From NCBI GenBank assembly GCA_963727805.1, contig CAVSHF010000003.1, positions 1,984,001 to 2,048,000 on the forward strand: 64,000 bases of DNA, given 5' to 3'. Origin of the DNA: an uncultured Nitrospiraceae bacterium. Lineage in GTDB: Bacteria > Nitrospirota > Thermodesulfovibrionia > Thermodesulfovibrionales > Dissulfurispiraceae. How positions within the stretch are numbered: the first letter of the stretch is position 1; each line of letters starts with the position of its first letter. Both the position numbers and the translations under genes were made by a program. The notes below the pieces were generated by a model. It was not told the DNA's origin. It worked only from the letters and a program-made list of their open reading frames with translations, and made no database searches. Below are positions 42,231 through 52,625 of the stretch, in pieces.

Positions 42231-43532
42231 ATGACACAGATTGAAAGGGCAGCAACAGGAGAGATCACCAGTGAACTCATGAGGGTCGCGACCGATGAAA
42301 TGCTTTCGTCCGAACTGATCAGAAGCCGTGTTGCATCCGGACAGATTATAGTCCCCGCAAACAGCAACAGGCAGACGAAGATTGTCGGAATCGGCATGGG
42401 TCTTAGGACAAAGGTCAACGCATCCATAGGGACTTCGACTGATATCGTCGATCTCGCGATGGAGATCGAGAAGGCACAGATCGCGGAAAAGTATGGGGCT
42501 GACACCCTGATGGACCTGAGTGTCGGAGGTGATATCGGGGCGATTAGGAGGGCCGTCATGAACCAAATCACCCTGCCCGTCGGGACAGTCCCACTTTACG
42601 AGGCCTTCTCCCTTGCCATCGAGAAATACGGTGCCGCAGTGAAGATGCCCGCCGAACTCCTCTTCGAAGTGACCGAAAGACAGTGCGAAGAAGGGGTCGC
42701 GTTTATGGCGATCCACTGCGGCATTAATCGGAGGACTGTCGAGATGCTGAGGAAACAGCACTACCGTTATGGCGGGCTGGTCTCAAAAGGCGGCTCCTAT
42801 ATGGTAGCCTGGATGGAGCACAACAACATGGAGAACCCTCTTTACGAGCATTTCGACAGGGTTGTGGAAATCCTCAAGAAGCATGACGTGGTCCTGAGCC
42901 TCGGCAACGGGTTTCGCGCAGGCGCGATCCATGACGCCAATGACCGGGTGCAGATGCAGGAATTGCTGATCAATTGCGAACTTGCTGAAGTGGGCAGAGA
43001 GAAAGGCTGCCAGACGATGGTTGAAGGGCCCGGCCATATACCGATCAATGAGATCGAGGCGGTCATCACCCTCCAGAAAAAGATGAGTGGCGAGGCGCCA
43101 TTTTATATGCTCGGCCCTATCACTACTGATATAGCGCCGGGATATGATCACATCACCGCCGCAGTCGGCGCCTCGTTGTCATCCGCTTACGGCGCGGACT
43201 TCATCTGTTATGTCACGCCGTCGGAGCACCTCGGCCTCCCATTTACTGAGGATGTAAAGGAGGGGGTTATTGCCTCCCGAATCGCCGCCCACATTGGCGA
43301 TATGATAAAGCTGAAACATACTGAAAAAGACAAATTAATGGCGAAAGCGAGAAGAGACATGGACTGGCACAAGCAATTCGAACTCGCCATAGACCCTGAA
43401 AGGGCGATCGAAATCAAATCAAAAAGGGGCAATGGCGACGAACACTCATGCACGATGTGCGGAAAGTTCTGCGCGAATGAAATGCTGAAAGGCATGTTCG
43501 ATACAGCCATGCAAAAGACCGATAAACTATAA
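42231..43532 (+). CDS. bzaF: ThiC-paralog, 5-hydroxybenzimidazole synthase (BzaF-like)
   Basis: ThiC fold (KVNASIGTS, MVEGPGH, CTMCGKFC); first gene after a B12 riboswitch, followed by cobU-cobT. Confidence 0.8.
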   Translation: MTQIERAATGEITSELMRVATDEMLSSELIRSRVASGQIIVPANSNRQTKIVGIGMGLRTKVNASIGTSTDIVDLAMEIEKAQIAEKYGADTLMDLSVGGDIGAIRRAVMNQITLPVGTVPLYEAFSLAIEKYGAAVKMPAELLFEVTERQCEEGVAFMAIHCGINRRTVEMLRKQHYRYGGLVSKGGSYMVAWMEHNNMENPLYEHFDRVVEILKKHDVVLSLGNGFRAGAIHDANDRVQMQELLINCELAEVGREKGCQTMVEGPGHIPINEIEAVITLQKKMSGEAPFYMLGPITTDIAPGYDHITAAVGASLSSAYGADFICYVTPSEHLGLPFTEDVKEGVIASRIAAHIGDMIKLKHTEKDKLMAKARRDMDWHKQFELAIDPERAIEIKSKRGNGDEHSCTMCGKFCANEMLKGMFDTAMQKTDKL

Positions 43533-44065
43533 TGAACGGCATGATTACCTTCATACTCGGGGGCTCGCGGAGCGGCAAGAGCAGCTTCGCCCTTGAACGC
43601 GCATCCATGATATCTGGTTCCAAAGCTTTCATAGCAACGGCCCAGGCATTTGATGACGAGATGAGGGAGCGGATCGAGCGCCATAAGCAGGAGAGGTCCC
43701 CTGAATGGATGACCTTTGAAGAACAAGTCGCGCTTCCGAGCCTTATCAGCACAATGCACAGTGAATACGCCGTAGTCCTTATCGACTGCCTTACTCTCTG
43801 GCTCTCAAACCTCATGATGAATAAGGCCGATGTCGAAGCAGAAATTGAATCTTTTTTATCCTCTGCAATCGCTTGTACTGCTTGCCTCTTCGTCGTCTCG
43901 AACGAAGTCGGGATGGGCATTGTGCCGGAGAACGCCCTTGCAAGGGAATTCAGAGATTTTGCCGGCACCCTAAACCGTCGCATGGCGGAAATTGCTGATG
44001 AGGTCTATTTGATAACAGCTGGGATAGCGATGAAGATAAAACAAACAAATAACTCTTTCTATTAA
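43532..44065 (+). CDS. cobU: Adenosylcobinamide kinase/guanylyltransferase
   Basis: GGSRSGKS, ERIERH, IDCLTLWLSN, SNEVGMG. Confidence 0.93.
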   Translation: MNGMITFILGGSRSGKSSFALERASMISGSKAFIATAQAFDDEMRERIERHKQERSPEWMTFEEQVALPSLISTMHSEYAVVLIDCLTLWLSNLMMNKADVEAEIESFLSSAIACTACLFVVSNEVGMGIVPENALAREFRDFAGTLNRRMAEIADEVYLITAGIAMKIKQTNNSFY

Positions 44066-44075
44066 GGAGAATTAA

Positions 44076-45137
44076 ATGCATTTACTAAAAGACACTCTAA
44101 AAACCATTAATCCGTCAAACAAGGAATTCTCCATTGCGGCCCAGCAGCACCTCGACAACCTTACCAAGCCTCTGGGTAGCCTCGGCAGGCTTGAAGAGTT
44201 CGCGCGTAGGCTCGTCGCGATCACCGAAAACAAAAGTCCCATACTTGATAAGAAGGTCATCTTCACCTTTGCCGGAGACCACGGAGTGACAGCAGAAGGT
44301 GTTTCGGCTTACCCGAAAGAAGTGACACAGCAGATGGTCCTAAATTTCCTAAAGGGTGGCGCCGGCATAAATGTTCTAGCCAGGCATGCCGGAGCGGAGG
44401 TCGTCGTCATCGATATTGGCGTGGACCATGACTTCGGAGATATGGCTGGACTTGTAAATATGAAAGTCGTCAGCGGAACAAAGAACTTCACGCACGAACC
44501 CGCCATGACACGAGAGGAGGCGGTCGCGTGCATTGAAATGGGGATTAAGCTCGCAAATGGGTATGCTCAAAAGGGATACAATATCTTCGGCACAGGAGAG
44601 ATGGGCATAGGCAATACCACTCCCTCAAGCGCTATCGCAGCCGTCTTAACCGGACGGTCTGTTGCGGAAGTAACGGGAAAGGGAACAGGCATATCGGACG
44701 AATCGCTACTCAATAAGATCAGGGTCATCGAAGAAGGCATAAGAGTAAATCATCCTAACAAGAATGATGCGATCGATGTCCTTGCGAAAGTGGGTGGAGC
44801 CGAAATCGGGGGGATTGCTGGAATAGTCCTCGGTGCTGCGGCAAATAAGATCCCAGTAATTATCGACGGCTTCATATCGACTGCCGGAGCGCTCATCGCC
44901 TATTGCATCGAACCGAAGACTGGGGATTATATGTTTGCCGCTCACAACTCTGTCGAGATTGGGCACAGATCAATGCTCGAAAAAATGGGGTTGGAGCCGA
45001 TACTTGACCTCGACCTGCGGCTCGGAGAGGGAACAGGTGCAGCACTCGCCCTTCTCCTGATCGAAGGAGGGCTTAAGATTTACAAAGAGATGGCGACCTT
45101 CGGCGAGGCTGGAGTTTCATCAGATGTCATTAACTAA
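44076..45137 (+). CDS. cobT: Nicotinate-nucleotide-dimethylbenzimidazole phosphoribosyltransferase
   Basis: [28 protein letters not shown]. Confidence 0.95.
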   Translation: MHLLKDTLKTINPSNKEFSIAAQQHLDNLTKPLGSLGRLEEFARRLVAITENKSPILDKKVIFTFAGDHGVTAEGVSAYPKEVTQQMVLNFLKGGAGINVLARHAGAEVVVIDIGVDHDFGDMAGLVNMKVVSGTKNFTHEPAMTREEAVACIEMGIKLANGYAQKGYNIFGTGEMGIGNTTPSSAIAAVLTGRSVAEVTGKGTGISDESLLNKIRVIEEGIRVNHPNKNDAIDVLAKVGGAEIGGIAGIVLGAAANKIPVIIDGFISTAGALIAYCIEPKTGDYMFAAHNSVEIGHRSMLEKMGLEPILDLDLRLGEGTGAALALLLIEGGLKIYKEMATFGEAGVSSDVIN

Positions 45138-45156
45138 GAAATAGCGGAAAGGGGCT

Positions 45157-45966
45157 ATGCGCTCTATCATTCTGGCCATACAATTTCTTACCATTTTGCC
45201 CGTCAGGCTCAAAGGAGTCGTCTCGGAGCGTGACATCGCGCGTTCCGCAGCCTTCTTCCCTGTTGTCGGGGTAGTGCAGGGGATTCTCCTGCTCAGCTCC
45301 GCAATACCACTGATCCGCATACTCCCTCCTGACATCGTAAGCGGACTCATTATCACTATAGCGATCATCAGTAATGGAGGGTTTCATCTGGACGGATTGG
45401 CCGACACTTTCGATGCGCTTGCGGTCAAGTCTTCGGGCGATCCGGTAGCTGACAGGGAGAAAAGATTGTCAGTGATGAAAGACAGCTCAACAGGCGCGAT
45501 AGGGGTTGTTTCAATCGTGATGGTACTCCTTCTCAAATTTGTCCTGATCAAGAACGTCCTCCTGTTTCCGGACCCACTGACGGCTGTTCTCATACTCTTC
45601 CTCATGCCGGTCTTCTCAAAATGGATCATGGTGCCGGCTATGTACTTCGGAAAGTCTGCTCGTCATGACGGTCTCGGTAAGATATTCATAGAAAGCATGT
45701 CGTTACAAATAGTAATGTTTTCTTCAGCCCTCGCGATTTTTATTTTTGCGATCATTTATATCACTCATCTGGCCGGTATCTTCGGATTGCAGACACTTCT
45801 TATTTTCGGATTGTTTCCAGCTGGCTACTTATTGGCGCAATTAGCGGTACTTTTCTGCTCAAAGAAGTTCGGCGGCCTTACCGGCGACACGCTAGGAGCA
45901 TTAAGCGAACTATCGGAAATATTATATTTAATGGGGTCATATTTATGGTTACAACACTCTATCTGA
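45157..45966 (+). CDS. cobS: Cobalamin synthase
   Basis: FHLDGLADTFD, MKDSSTG, GGLTGDTLGA. Confidence 0.93.
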   Translation: MRSIILAIQFLTILPVRLKGVVSERDIARSAAFFPVVGVVQGILLLSSAIPLIRILPPDIVSGLIITIAIISNGGFHLDGLADTFDALAVKSSGDPVADREKRLSVMKDSSTGAIGVVSIVMVLLLKFVLIKNVLLFPDPLTAVLILFLMPVFSKWIMVPAMYFGKSARHDGLGKIFIESMSLQIVMFSSALAIFIFAIIYITHLAGIFGLQTLLIFGLFPAGYLLAQLAVLFCSKKFGGLTGDTLGALSELSEILYLMGSYLWLQHSI

Positions 45967-46562
45967 TACGTCACGGTGCGACAGAGGGGCACGAGGAGAA
46001 GCGGTACAAGGGGAGCATTGACGTCCCACTGTCCGAAAAAGGGATCGAACAGATAAAAAAAGCGGTCCAGTTCATATGCGCGACATTGGGGAGTTCCTCA
46101 CTCGCCGCAGTCTATTCATCACCTCTTTCTAGGGCATACAAGAGCGCAGAGATACTGGCCGCGCCCTTCGGACTGCAACCTTCAGTAGTCGCTGACCTAA
46201 GGGAGCGCCATTTCGGCATATGGGAAGGCATGACATTAAACGAAATCAGTGAAAGATATCCCGATGAGTTCAAGGCATGGGCGAGTAATCCTCTTCAACA
46301 CAGCCCGACCGGCGGGGAAAGCACCCTGCAGGTGAGAGACCGTCTTATCCCCGCTTATGAGGAAATCATTGAGCACCACCCCGGGGAGAGCATCGCCATC
46401 GCGGGCCATGGCGGCGTGAACCGGATTGTCCTTTGCCATGTTCTCGGTATACCCCTTGAGCATATCTTCAGGGTTGAGCAGGACAACGCTGCGGTGAATA
46501 TAGTCAACTTCTATGACAAATACCCGGTGGTGAGATTATTGAACGGAGGGCCCTTTGTCTAA
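45945..46562 (+). CDS. cobC: Alpha-ribazole phosphatase (histidine phosphatase)
   Basis: LIRHG, SSPLSRA, FGIWEG, GHGGVNR; cob operon context. Confidence 0.85.
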   Translation: MVTTLYLIRHGATEGHEEKRYKGSIDVPLSEKGIEQIKKAVQFICATLGSSSLAAVYSSPLSRAYKSAEILAAPFGLQPSVVADLRERHFGIWEGMTLNEISERYPDEFKAWASNPLQHSPTGGESTLQVRDRLIPAYEEIIEHHPGESIAIAGHGGVNRIVLCHVLGIPLEHIFRVEQDNAAVNIVNFYDKYPVVRLLNGGPFV

Positions 46563-48087
46563 ATCGCTGATGATACAAGGGACAGGATCGGGCGCGGGCA
46601 AAAGCCTGATTGTTACGGCCCTCTGCAGGATCGTGCGCGACATGGGGTTGAACGTTGCGCCTTTCAAGGCCCAAAACATGGCACTGAATTCCTTTATAAC
46701 TATGACCGGGGGCGAGATCGGAAGGGCACAGGCGCTTCAAGCTGAGGCCGCACGGCTGGACCCAACGGTAGAGATGAATCCTATATTGCTGAAGGCCCAG
46801 GGAGAGAGCGGGTGCCAGGTCATCATTCACGGCAAGGTGCACAAGAGCATGAGGGCCCGTGAATATTACGCTTTCAGAGACCACGCCTGGGAATCAGCCA
46901 AAGCAGCTTTCAATGCGCTGTCAGAAAAACATGAGGTGATCCTTATTGAGGGTGCCGGCAGTCCGGCTGAGATCAATCTCATGGATGCCGATATCGTGAA
47001 CATGTCCGTCGCTAAGTATGCCAAAGCCCCCGTTCTCCTCGTGGGAGATATCGATAAAGGCGGGGTCTTTGCCTCCCTTTATGGGACGGTAAAGCTCCTC
47101 GGACGTGACAAACGTTACATCAAGGGATTCATCATCAACAAGTTCCGCGGAGACGTGGATATCCTCACACCCGGATTGGAGATGATTCGTGAGAAGACAG
47201 GGATTCGGGTTGTCGGTGTTCTGCCCTACTTCGATCGCTCGGGACTACCGGAGGAAGACGGTCTGTCGTTGTCTCAGGGGGGAGCCGTGGCACGGCCTGC
47301 CGTATTTGTGCCTGGCGTGAAGATAGTTATTGTGAGATTGCAGTACATCTCCAATTTCACAGATTTTGACCCCCTTCTCTACGAACCCGATGTGGAGCTT
47401 GTCTACTCGACAAATCCTGCGGAAATCGAAAATGCAGATATGGTGATCATTCCGGGAACGAAGAATACGGTAAAGGACCTTCTTCATCTGAGGGAGAGAG
47501 GACTCGCTCAAAGTGTCGCAAGGGCTCATGCGAAGGGTGTCCAGATCGTCGGGATGTGCGGCGGCTATCAAATGCTCGGCAAACGCATATACGATCCCGA
47601 CGGCGTTGAAAGTCTCCATCGTGAAGTCAAAGGCCTCGGATTGCTGAATATCGATACTAACTTTAAGGGCACCAAAACGACATGCCGGGTCAAAGCGGAT
47701 TTGGTCCATACCGGTTCGCCGTTTCCCATTGCAGAGAACGGACACGGGGTACTCTTAACCGGATACGAAATCCATATGGGCACGAGCATCGGCGACATCG
47801 GGCTGTTCAGGATGCGACGGTTTCCAACTCACGAACCAGGCCAAGGAGATGAAGTGCTCGACGGTTCGATAAAGGATAATTGCTGGGGTAGCTATATCCA
47901 TGGAATCTTCGAAAATGACTCGTTCAGGCGGGGTATGATCAATGATCTGAGAATAAAGAAGAGTCTGTCCCCCCTGGAAAGCGGGATCAATTGCAGGGAG
48001 ATAAAAGATCGGGCAATCGACAAGCTTGCGTCGATAGTAAAGGATAATATCGATATGGATTTTGTCACGAGGCTCCTGAAATTATGA
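46555..48087 (+). CDS. cbiP: Cobyric acid synthase
   Basis: GTGSGAGKS, PFKAQNM, EGAGSPAE, ISNFTD, CGGYQMLG, SYIHG. Confidence 0.95.
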   Translation: MSKSLMIQGTGSGAGKSLIVTALCRIVRDMGLNVAPFKAQNMALNSFITMTGGEIGRAQALQAEAARLDPTVEMNPILLKAQGESGCQVIIHGKVHKSMRAREYYAFRDHAWESAKAAFNALSEKHEVILIEGAGSPAEINLMDADIVNMSVAKYAKAPVLLVGDIDKGGVFASLYGTVKLLGRDKRYIKGFIINKFRGDVDILTPGLEMIREKTGIRVVGVLPYFDRSGLPEEDGLSLSQGGAVARPAVFVPGVKIVIVRLQYISNFTDFDPLLYEPDVELVYSTNPAEIENADMVIIPGTKNTVKDLLHLRERGLAQSVARAHAKGVQIVGMCGGYQMLGKRIYDPDGVESLHREVKGLGLLNIDTNFKGTKTTCRVKADLVHTGSPFPIAENGHGVLLTGYEIHMGTSIGDIGLFRMRRFPTHEPGQGDEVLDGSIKDNCWGSYIHGIFENDSFRRGMINDLRIKKSLSPLESGINCREIKDRAIDKLASIVKDNIDMDFVTRLLKL

Positions 48088-49100
48088 TTGAAGTGATCAT
48101 CCTCATAGCAGCATTCCTCCTCGATCTTGCTATCGGAGATCCCAGCCGGCTGCCGCATCCCGTAAGGATTATCGGAAAAGGCATAAGCTTCCTGGAAGGG
48201 ATCATCAGGAAGATCGCCAGGACCCAGAGGATCGAAAAGATCGGAGGTTTATTTCTTGTACTCCTGATCGTCATACCCGTCTTTCTGCTGACCTTCGTGA
48301 TAAATAAAATCATCTTACTGGATATAGCAACGGGGGGCATCATTACTGCGGTGGGAATTATTGCCGCTATTATCCTGACCTCGACAACGATTGCCGTCAG
48401 GGACCTCGTTGATTCGTCAAAGGCAGTCATCGATGCTGTCAAGGCCGGTACAACTGACGAGGCAAGACGAAACCTGAGCATGATCGTGGGCCGCGACACC
48501 GAACGCCTTCAGGACAAAGGCATCCTGAAGGCTACGATTGAGACGCTCGCCGAGAACCTCTCCGACGGCATCGTGGCGCCACTCTTCTATTTCGCTCTCG
48601 GTGGGCTCCCGCTCGCAATGACCTATAAGGCAATCAACACTCTCGACTCAATGGTAGGCTATAAGAACAAGAACTATATTAATCTCGGCCGTGCATCCGC
48701 ACGACTTGATGATATCGCCAATTATCTGCCGGCACGTATCACCGGAGTCCTGATAGTATTATCTATCGGTATGTGTCGGACATTTTCCCGGACCATTGGG
48801 AAAACCCGCTATTCATTATTGACTGCCGGCAATGCCTTCACAATTATGATGCGTGACGGAAGAAAACATTCTAGCCCGAACAGCGGCATACCGGAGGCGG
48901 CAATGGCCGGAGGCCTCGGCGTCATGCTAGGAGGCCCTTCAACTTATGGCAACGTGCTTGTTGAGAAGCCCTCGATAGGTGAGGAAAAGAATACAGATTA
49001 TCACGCTGCGGCTGAGAACACCTTAAAAATAGTTCTCCTTGCATCTTTTCTCGGCCTGGGAGTCTCGGTTCTGATAATCCTTCTCAGAGGCTTGATATGA
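48084..49100 (+). CDS. cbiB: Adenosylcobinamide-phosphate synthase
   Basis: GDP..PHPV, VGRDT, AENLSDG, NTLDSMVGY, SPNSG.PEAA. Confidence 0.95.
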   Translation: MIEVIILIAAFLLDLAIGDPSRLPHPVRIIGKGISFLEGIIRKIARTQRIEKIGGLFLVLLIVIPVFLLTFVINKIILLDIATGGIITAVGIIAAIILTSTTIAVRDLVDSSKAVIDAVKAGTTDEARRNLSMIVGRDTERLQDKGILKATIETLAENLSDGIVAPLFYFALGGLPLAMTYKAINTLDSMVGYKNKNYINLGRASARLDDIANYLPARITGVLIVLSIGMCRTFSRTIGKTRYSLLTAGNAFTIMMRDGRKHSSPNSGIPEAAMAGGLGVMLGGPSTYGNVLVEKPSIGEEKNTDYHAAAENTLKIVLLASFLGLGVSVLIILLRGLI

Positions 49101-50170
49101 TAGGACATGGAGGAGATATTTACACTGCATCACGTGAACTCGGTATTGCTGCCGACAAGGTCATCGATTTCAGCGCTTCGATCAATCCCCTCGGCGTTCC
49201 GAAGAGTGTCCGCGCCGAAATAATCACTCAACTCGGTAATCTGCGCCACTATCCAGATCCGTCAGCCACGAATCTCAACGGAGAGATATCGCGGTCGATC
49301 GGCGTCAATCAGGAATCAATCTTCTGCGGAAACGGAAGCACCGAATTGATCTATCTCGTGGTCAGGGCCTTGCAGCCCCAAAAAGTCCTCATACCCGCCC
49401 CCACCTTCTCGGAATATGAAAGGGCCTGCAGTGTTAAATCACCTCTTAAAAATTCAGACGCAAAATATTCATCCATAGACCACTTCGACCTTTCCGAAAA
49501 GACAGAATACAGGATAAACCCTCATAAATTTATCAATGCGATGGTCGGGCATGATTTGGCCTTCATCTGCAATCCCAATAATCCTACAGGCGGCCTCATC
49601 AAAAAATCTGACATGCTGCGTATAGCCGAAGCGGCAAGGGAGACCGCGTGTTACCTTGTCGTAGATGAGGCGTTCATTGACTTCATTCTTAATGAATCGA
49701 TCGTAACAAAGGTTAAAAATAACCCTTATTTGATCGTCCTGCGATCTCTGACGAAGTTTTATGCTCTTTCAGGTTTAAGGATCGGATACGCCGTGATTCA
49801 TCCCAAACTGTCCTGCGCAATCAAATGTTTCAAGGAACCGTGGACGGTCAATACCCTTGCTCAGATTTCCGGCGTTGCAGCCCTTAAGGATGCTAACTAT
49901 GCAACCAAAACCTTCAGGATTCTCGAAGAGGAAAAAGCGCATCTGGAAACAGGATTTAAAAAAATGCGGATCAGATATTATCCATCACGTATAAATTTCT
50001 ACTTATTGAAACTGGAGAATGCGAGTAATATTGTGTCACATCTAAGAACAAAAGGCATTCTGGTGAGGGACTGCTCCAATTTCAGGGGCCTCAATAATTC
50101 ACACATCAGGATCGCGGTAAGGTCCAGAAGCGAAAATGCACGCTTGCTCAGGGAGCTTGCAAAACTATGA
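49097..50170 (+). CDS. cobD: L-threonine-O-3-phosphate decarboxylase
   Basis: HGG, DFSASINP, CNPNNPTG, RSLTKFYALSGLRIGY. Confidence 0.9.
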   Translation: MIGHGGDIYTASRELGIAADKVIDFSASINPLGVPKSVRAEIITQLGNLRHYPDPSATNLNGEISRSIGVNQESIFCGNGSTELIYLVVRALQPQKVLIPAPTFSEYERACSVKSPLKNSDAKYSSIDHFDLSEKTEYRINPHKFINAMVGHDLAFICNPNNPTGGLIKKSDMLRIAEAARETACYLVVDEAFIDFILNESIVTKVKNNPYLIVLRSLTKFYALSGLRIGYAVIHPKLSCAIKCFKEPWTVNTLAQISGVAALKDANYATKTFRILEEEKAHLETGFKKMRIRYYPSRINFYLLKLENASNIVSHLRTKGILVRDCSNFRGLNNSHIRIAVRSRSENARLLRELAKL

Positions 50171-51606
50171 AAGGCATCGTTATAGCAGGAACGCACAGCG
50201 GCTGTGGCAAGACGACGGTTACCCTCGGCCTGCTTGCCGCGCTGGTGGACAAGGGCATAACCGTCCAGTCTTTTAAGGCCGGACCTGATTTTATCGACGC
50301 CGGCATTCACCGGCTCGCGACTGGAAGACAGGCGATTAATCTCGACCTCTGGATGTGTGGCGAAGAGGGGGTTAGTAATTCGTTCTGCCGTTACGCACGT
50401 CTTGGCGAAATCGCTGTTGTAGAAGGTGTTATGGGCATGTTTGACGGTACTCAGGGGACCGCATCGCTTGCAGCAATGCTCGGCATGTCGGTAGTCCTTG
50501 TCGTCGATGCTTATGGCATGGCCGAAAGCGCCGGAGCACTTATCCGGGGATATGCCGAGTGGGCCACATCCAGCGGGGTCAGGCTAGCGGGTGTTATCTT
50601 CAACCGGGTTGGCTCCGAACGCCATTTCGAGAGGCTAAAGCGCGCTGTTCAGGATGTGGAGGTGCTTGGCTATCTGCCCAGAGATTCTGAAATCGAGATG
50701 CCTTCCCGCCATCTCGGCCTCGCAACTGCTGAGGAAATGCCTATAAGCCGTCAACAAGTCAGTTCGCTTGCAGCGTTAATCGAAAAGCATGTGCTAATCG
50801 ATAGAATCCTCGAACTGGCGACGATCGACGATGAATCATCGTGTGAGCGTTTCATTTCAAGGCCGGGCCGTGTCGCCATAACCATCCGCATCGCCATAGC
50901 CCGAGATATCGCTTTTTCATTCTACTATGATGAGAACCTCGACCTCCTACGCGAGGCTGGTGCTGAGATCGTCACCTTCAGCCCGTTGTGGGACAGCGAG
51001 CTTCCTGCCGGAACCAATGCGGTCTACCTTGGAGGCGGCTATCCGGAACTGCATGCTGAACAATTGTCTTCCAATGATGCAATGCGTTCAGCTATTCGGG
51101 AATGGGCAGCAGCAGGCGGGCCCATCTATGCAGAATGCGGAGGGTTGATGTATCTTTCAAAGGGTATCCGTGATTTCGAGGGACGATTTTTTGACATGGC
51201 AGGCGTTCTTCCTTTTGAAACAGCCATGCAGCGCCGGAGATCAAGTCTCGGCTACCGCGAGATCAAGCTCGGAAAGGACTGCATACTCGGTCGCGCAGGC
51301 GCGGCCCTTCGAGGGCATGAGTTCCATTATTCTGAAATCCTGTCCTGCCAGGATAGGATTTCCTCAGGCATCGAAAAGGTCTATGATGTCGCGGATGCGC
51401 AGGGTATCTCACGCGGAGTTGAAGGATACTATGTCGGTTCGGTCCTTGCCAGTTATGTACATGTGCATTTCGGCAGCAATCAGCGGACAGCACGTCACTT
51501 TGTCAATTTCATTAAAAAGAACGCCTGGACCAAACAGACATCACAACGAGACGGATGCCCCGTTGATCAGCACATTCAAAAAGAATCTAGGGAGGAAACG
51601 ATATGA
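50167..51606 (+). CDS. cbiA: Cobyrinate a,c-diamide synthase
   Basis: SGCGKTT, FKAGPDFID, PSRHLGL, AECGGLMYL, GHEFHYS. Confidence 0.95.
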   Translation: MKGIVIAGTHSGCGKTTVTLGLLAALVDKGITVQSFKAGPDFIDAGIHRLATGRQAINLDLWMCGEEGVSNSFCRYARLGEIAVVEGVMGMFDGTQGTASLAAMLGMSVVLVVDAYGMAESAGALIRGYAEWATSSGVRLAGVIFNRVGSERHFERLKRAVQDVEVLGYLPRDSEIEMPSRHLGLATAEEMPISRQQVSSLAALIEKHVLIDRILELATIDDESSCERFISRPGRVAITIRIAIARDIAFSFYYDENLDLLREAGAEIVTFSPLWDSELPAGTNAVYLGGGYPELHAEQLSSNDAMRSAIREWAAAGGPIYAECGGLMYLSKGIRDFEGRFFDMAGVLPFETAMQRRRSSLGYREIKLGKDCILGRAGAALRGHEFHYSEILSCQDRISSGIEKVYDVADAQGISRGVEGYYVGSVLASYVHVHFGSNQRTARHFVNFIKKNAWTKQTSQRDGCPVDQHIQKESREETI

Positions 51607-52625
51607 CCCAACCGAATACCGTCAGGACAATACCAGAACGGATCATCATCATAGGGCACGGCAGCCCCCGCAAAGAGGCAAACACCATCGAGTCCATTAC
51701 GGAACTCCTTCATGCCGCATTACATCCGGGCTGTAACAATCATTGCGTCAAGGGGGCCTATCTGCAGTTTTCGGAGCCTGATATTGACGCCGTCATCGAA
51801 AAGAGCATTAATGAAGGGGCTGGACGAATCATCCTGCATCCCTTCTTTTTGAATTCGGGTATGCATGTGACAAAGGATATTCCGGAACTAATCGATGCGG
51901 CACGGAAGAAATATCCAAGGGTCGAATTTATCTATACCGAGCCACTCGGTATGCACGAAAATCTCATCGCGGTCGTGAAGGAGCGCATTGCTGCGAGCGG
52001 CGGGTACGCTCCCTCAGAGATCGAAAAACGGAGCTTTGCGATCATCGGTGACGAAGCAGACCTGAGTGAGATTCCTGCAGACCGGATCCCAGTCATAAAG
52101 CGCGTTATTCATGCAACAGCGGATTTCGAGTTCGCACAGACACTTGCGTTTCATCCCGATGCGATTACAACCGGAATCGATGCAATACGGTCCGGCAAGA
52201 ATATTCTCACCGATGTCGAGATGGTGAGGACCGGAATAAACAAACGACTCATGTCGAAGTGGGGAGGAGAGGTTATCTGCATGATGCCAAGGCCGGAAGA
52301 AGTAAAGTCTGCAGATAACAGAACCAGGGCTGAAAAAGGGATCGAATCGGCCCTGGAAGGTGATCATGCTATTGGCATCATCGCGGTCGGCAACGCGCCA
52401 ACGGCCTTGCTGAAGGTGATTGAGATTTTCAACTCGCCCGCAGCCCCTTCCCCTTTCCCTTTAGTCATCGGCGTGCCAGTGGGCTTTGTGAAGGCGTTTG
52501 AATCAAAGGCACTGCTCGCATCGCAATCGTTCCCCTTCATTACAAATCTAAGCAGAAAAGGTGGCAGCCCCGTTGCTGTAGCAATTGTTAACGCTCTTTT
52601 AAAGATGGCTGCGGAGGGAATATGA
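51603..52625 (+). CDS. cbiC: Fused CbiX cobaltochelatase / cobalt-precorrin-8 methylmutase CbiC
   Basis: N-terminal HGS..FFLNSGMHVTKDIP (CbiX); C-terminal IEKRSF, RVIHATADF, GNAPTAL, PVGFV, RKGGS (CbiC/CobH). Confidence 0.88.
   Translation: MTQPNTVRTIPERIIIIGHGSPRKEANTIESITELLHAALHPGCNNHCVKGAYLQFSEPDIDAVIEKSINEGAGRIILHPFFLNSGMHVTKDIPELIDAARKKYPRVEFIYTEPLGMHENLIAVVKERIAASGGYAPSEIEKRSFAIIGDEADLSEIPADRIPVIKRVIHATADFEFAQTLAFHPDAITTGIDAIRSGKNILTDVEMVRTGINKRLMSKWGGEVICMMPRPEEVKSADNRTRAEKGIESALEGDHAIGIIAVGNAPTALLKVIEIFNSPAAPSPFPLVIGVPVGFVKAFESKALLASQSFPFITNLSRKGGSPVAVAIVNALLKMAAEGI

Noticed and set aside
42231..43532. Thiamine biosynthesis thiC
   Set aside because: No TPP riboswitch or thi genes; B12 riboswitch and cobU/cobT context favour BzaF
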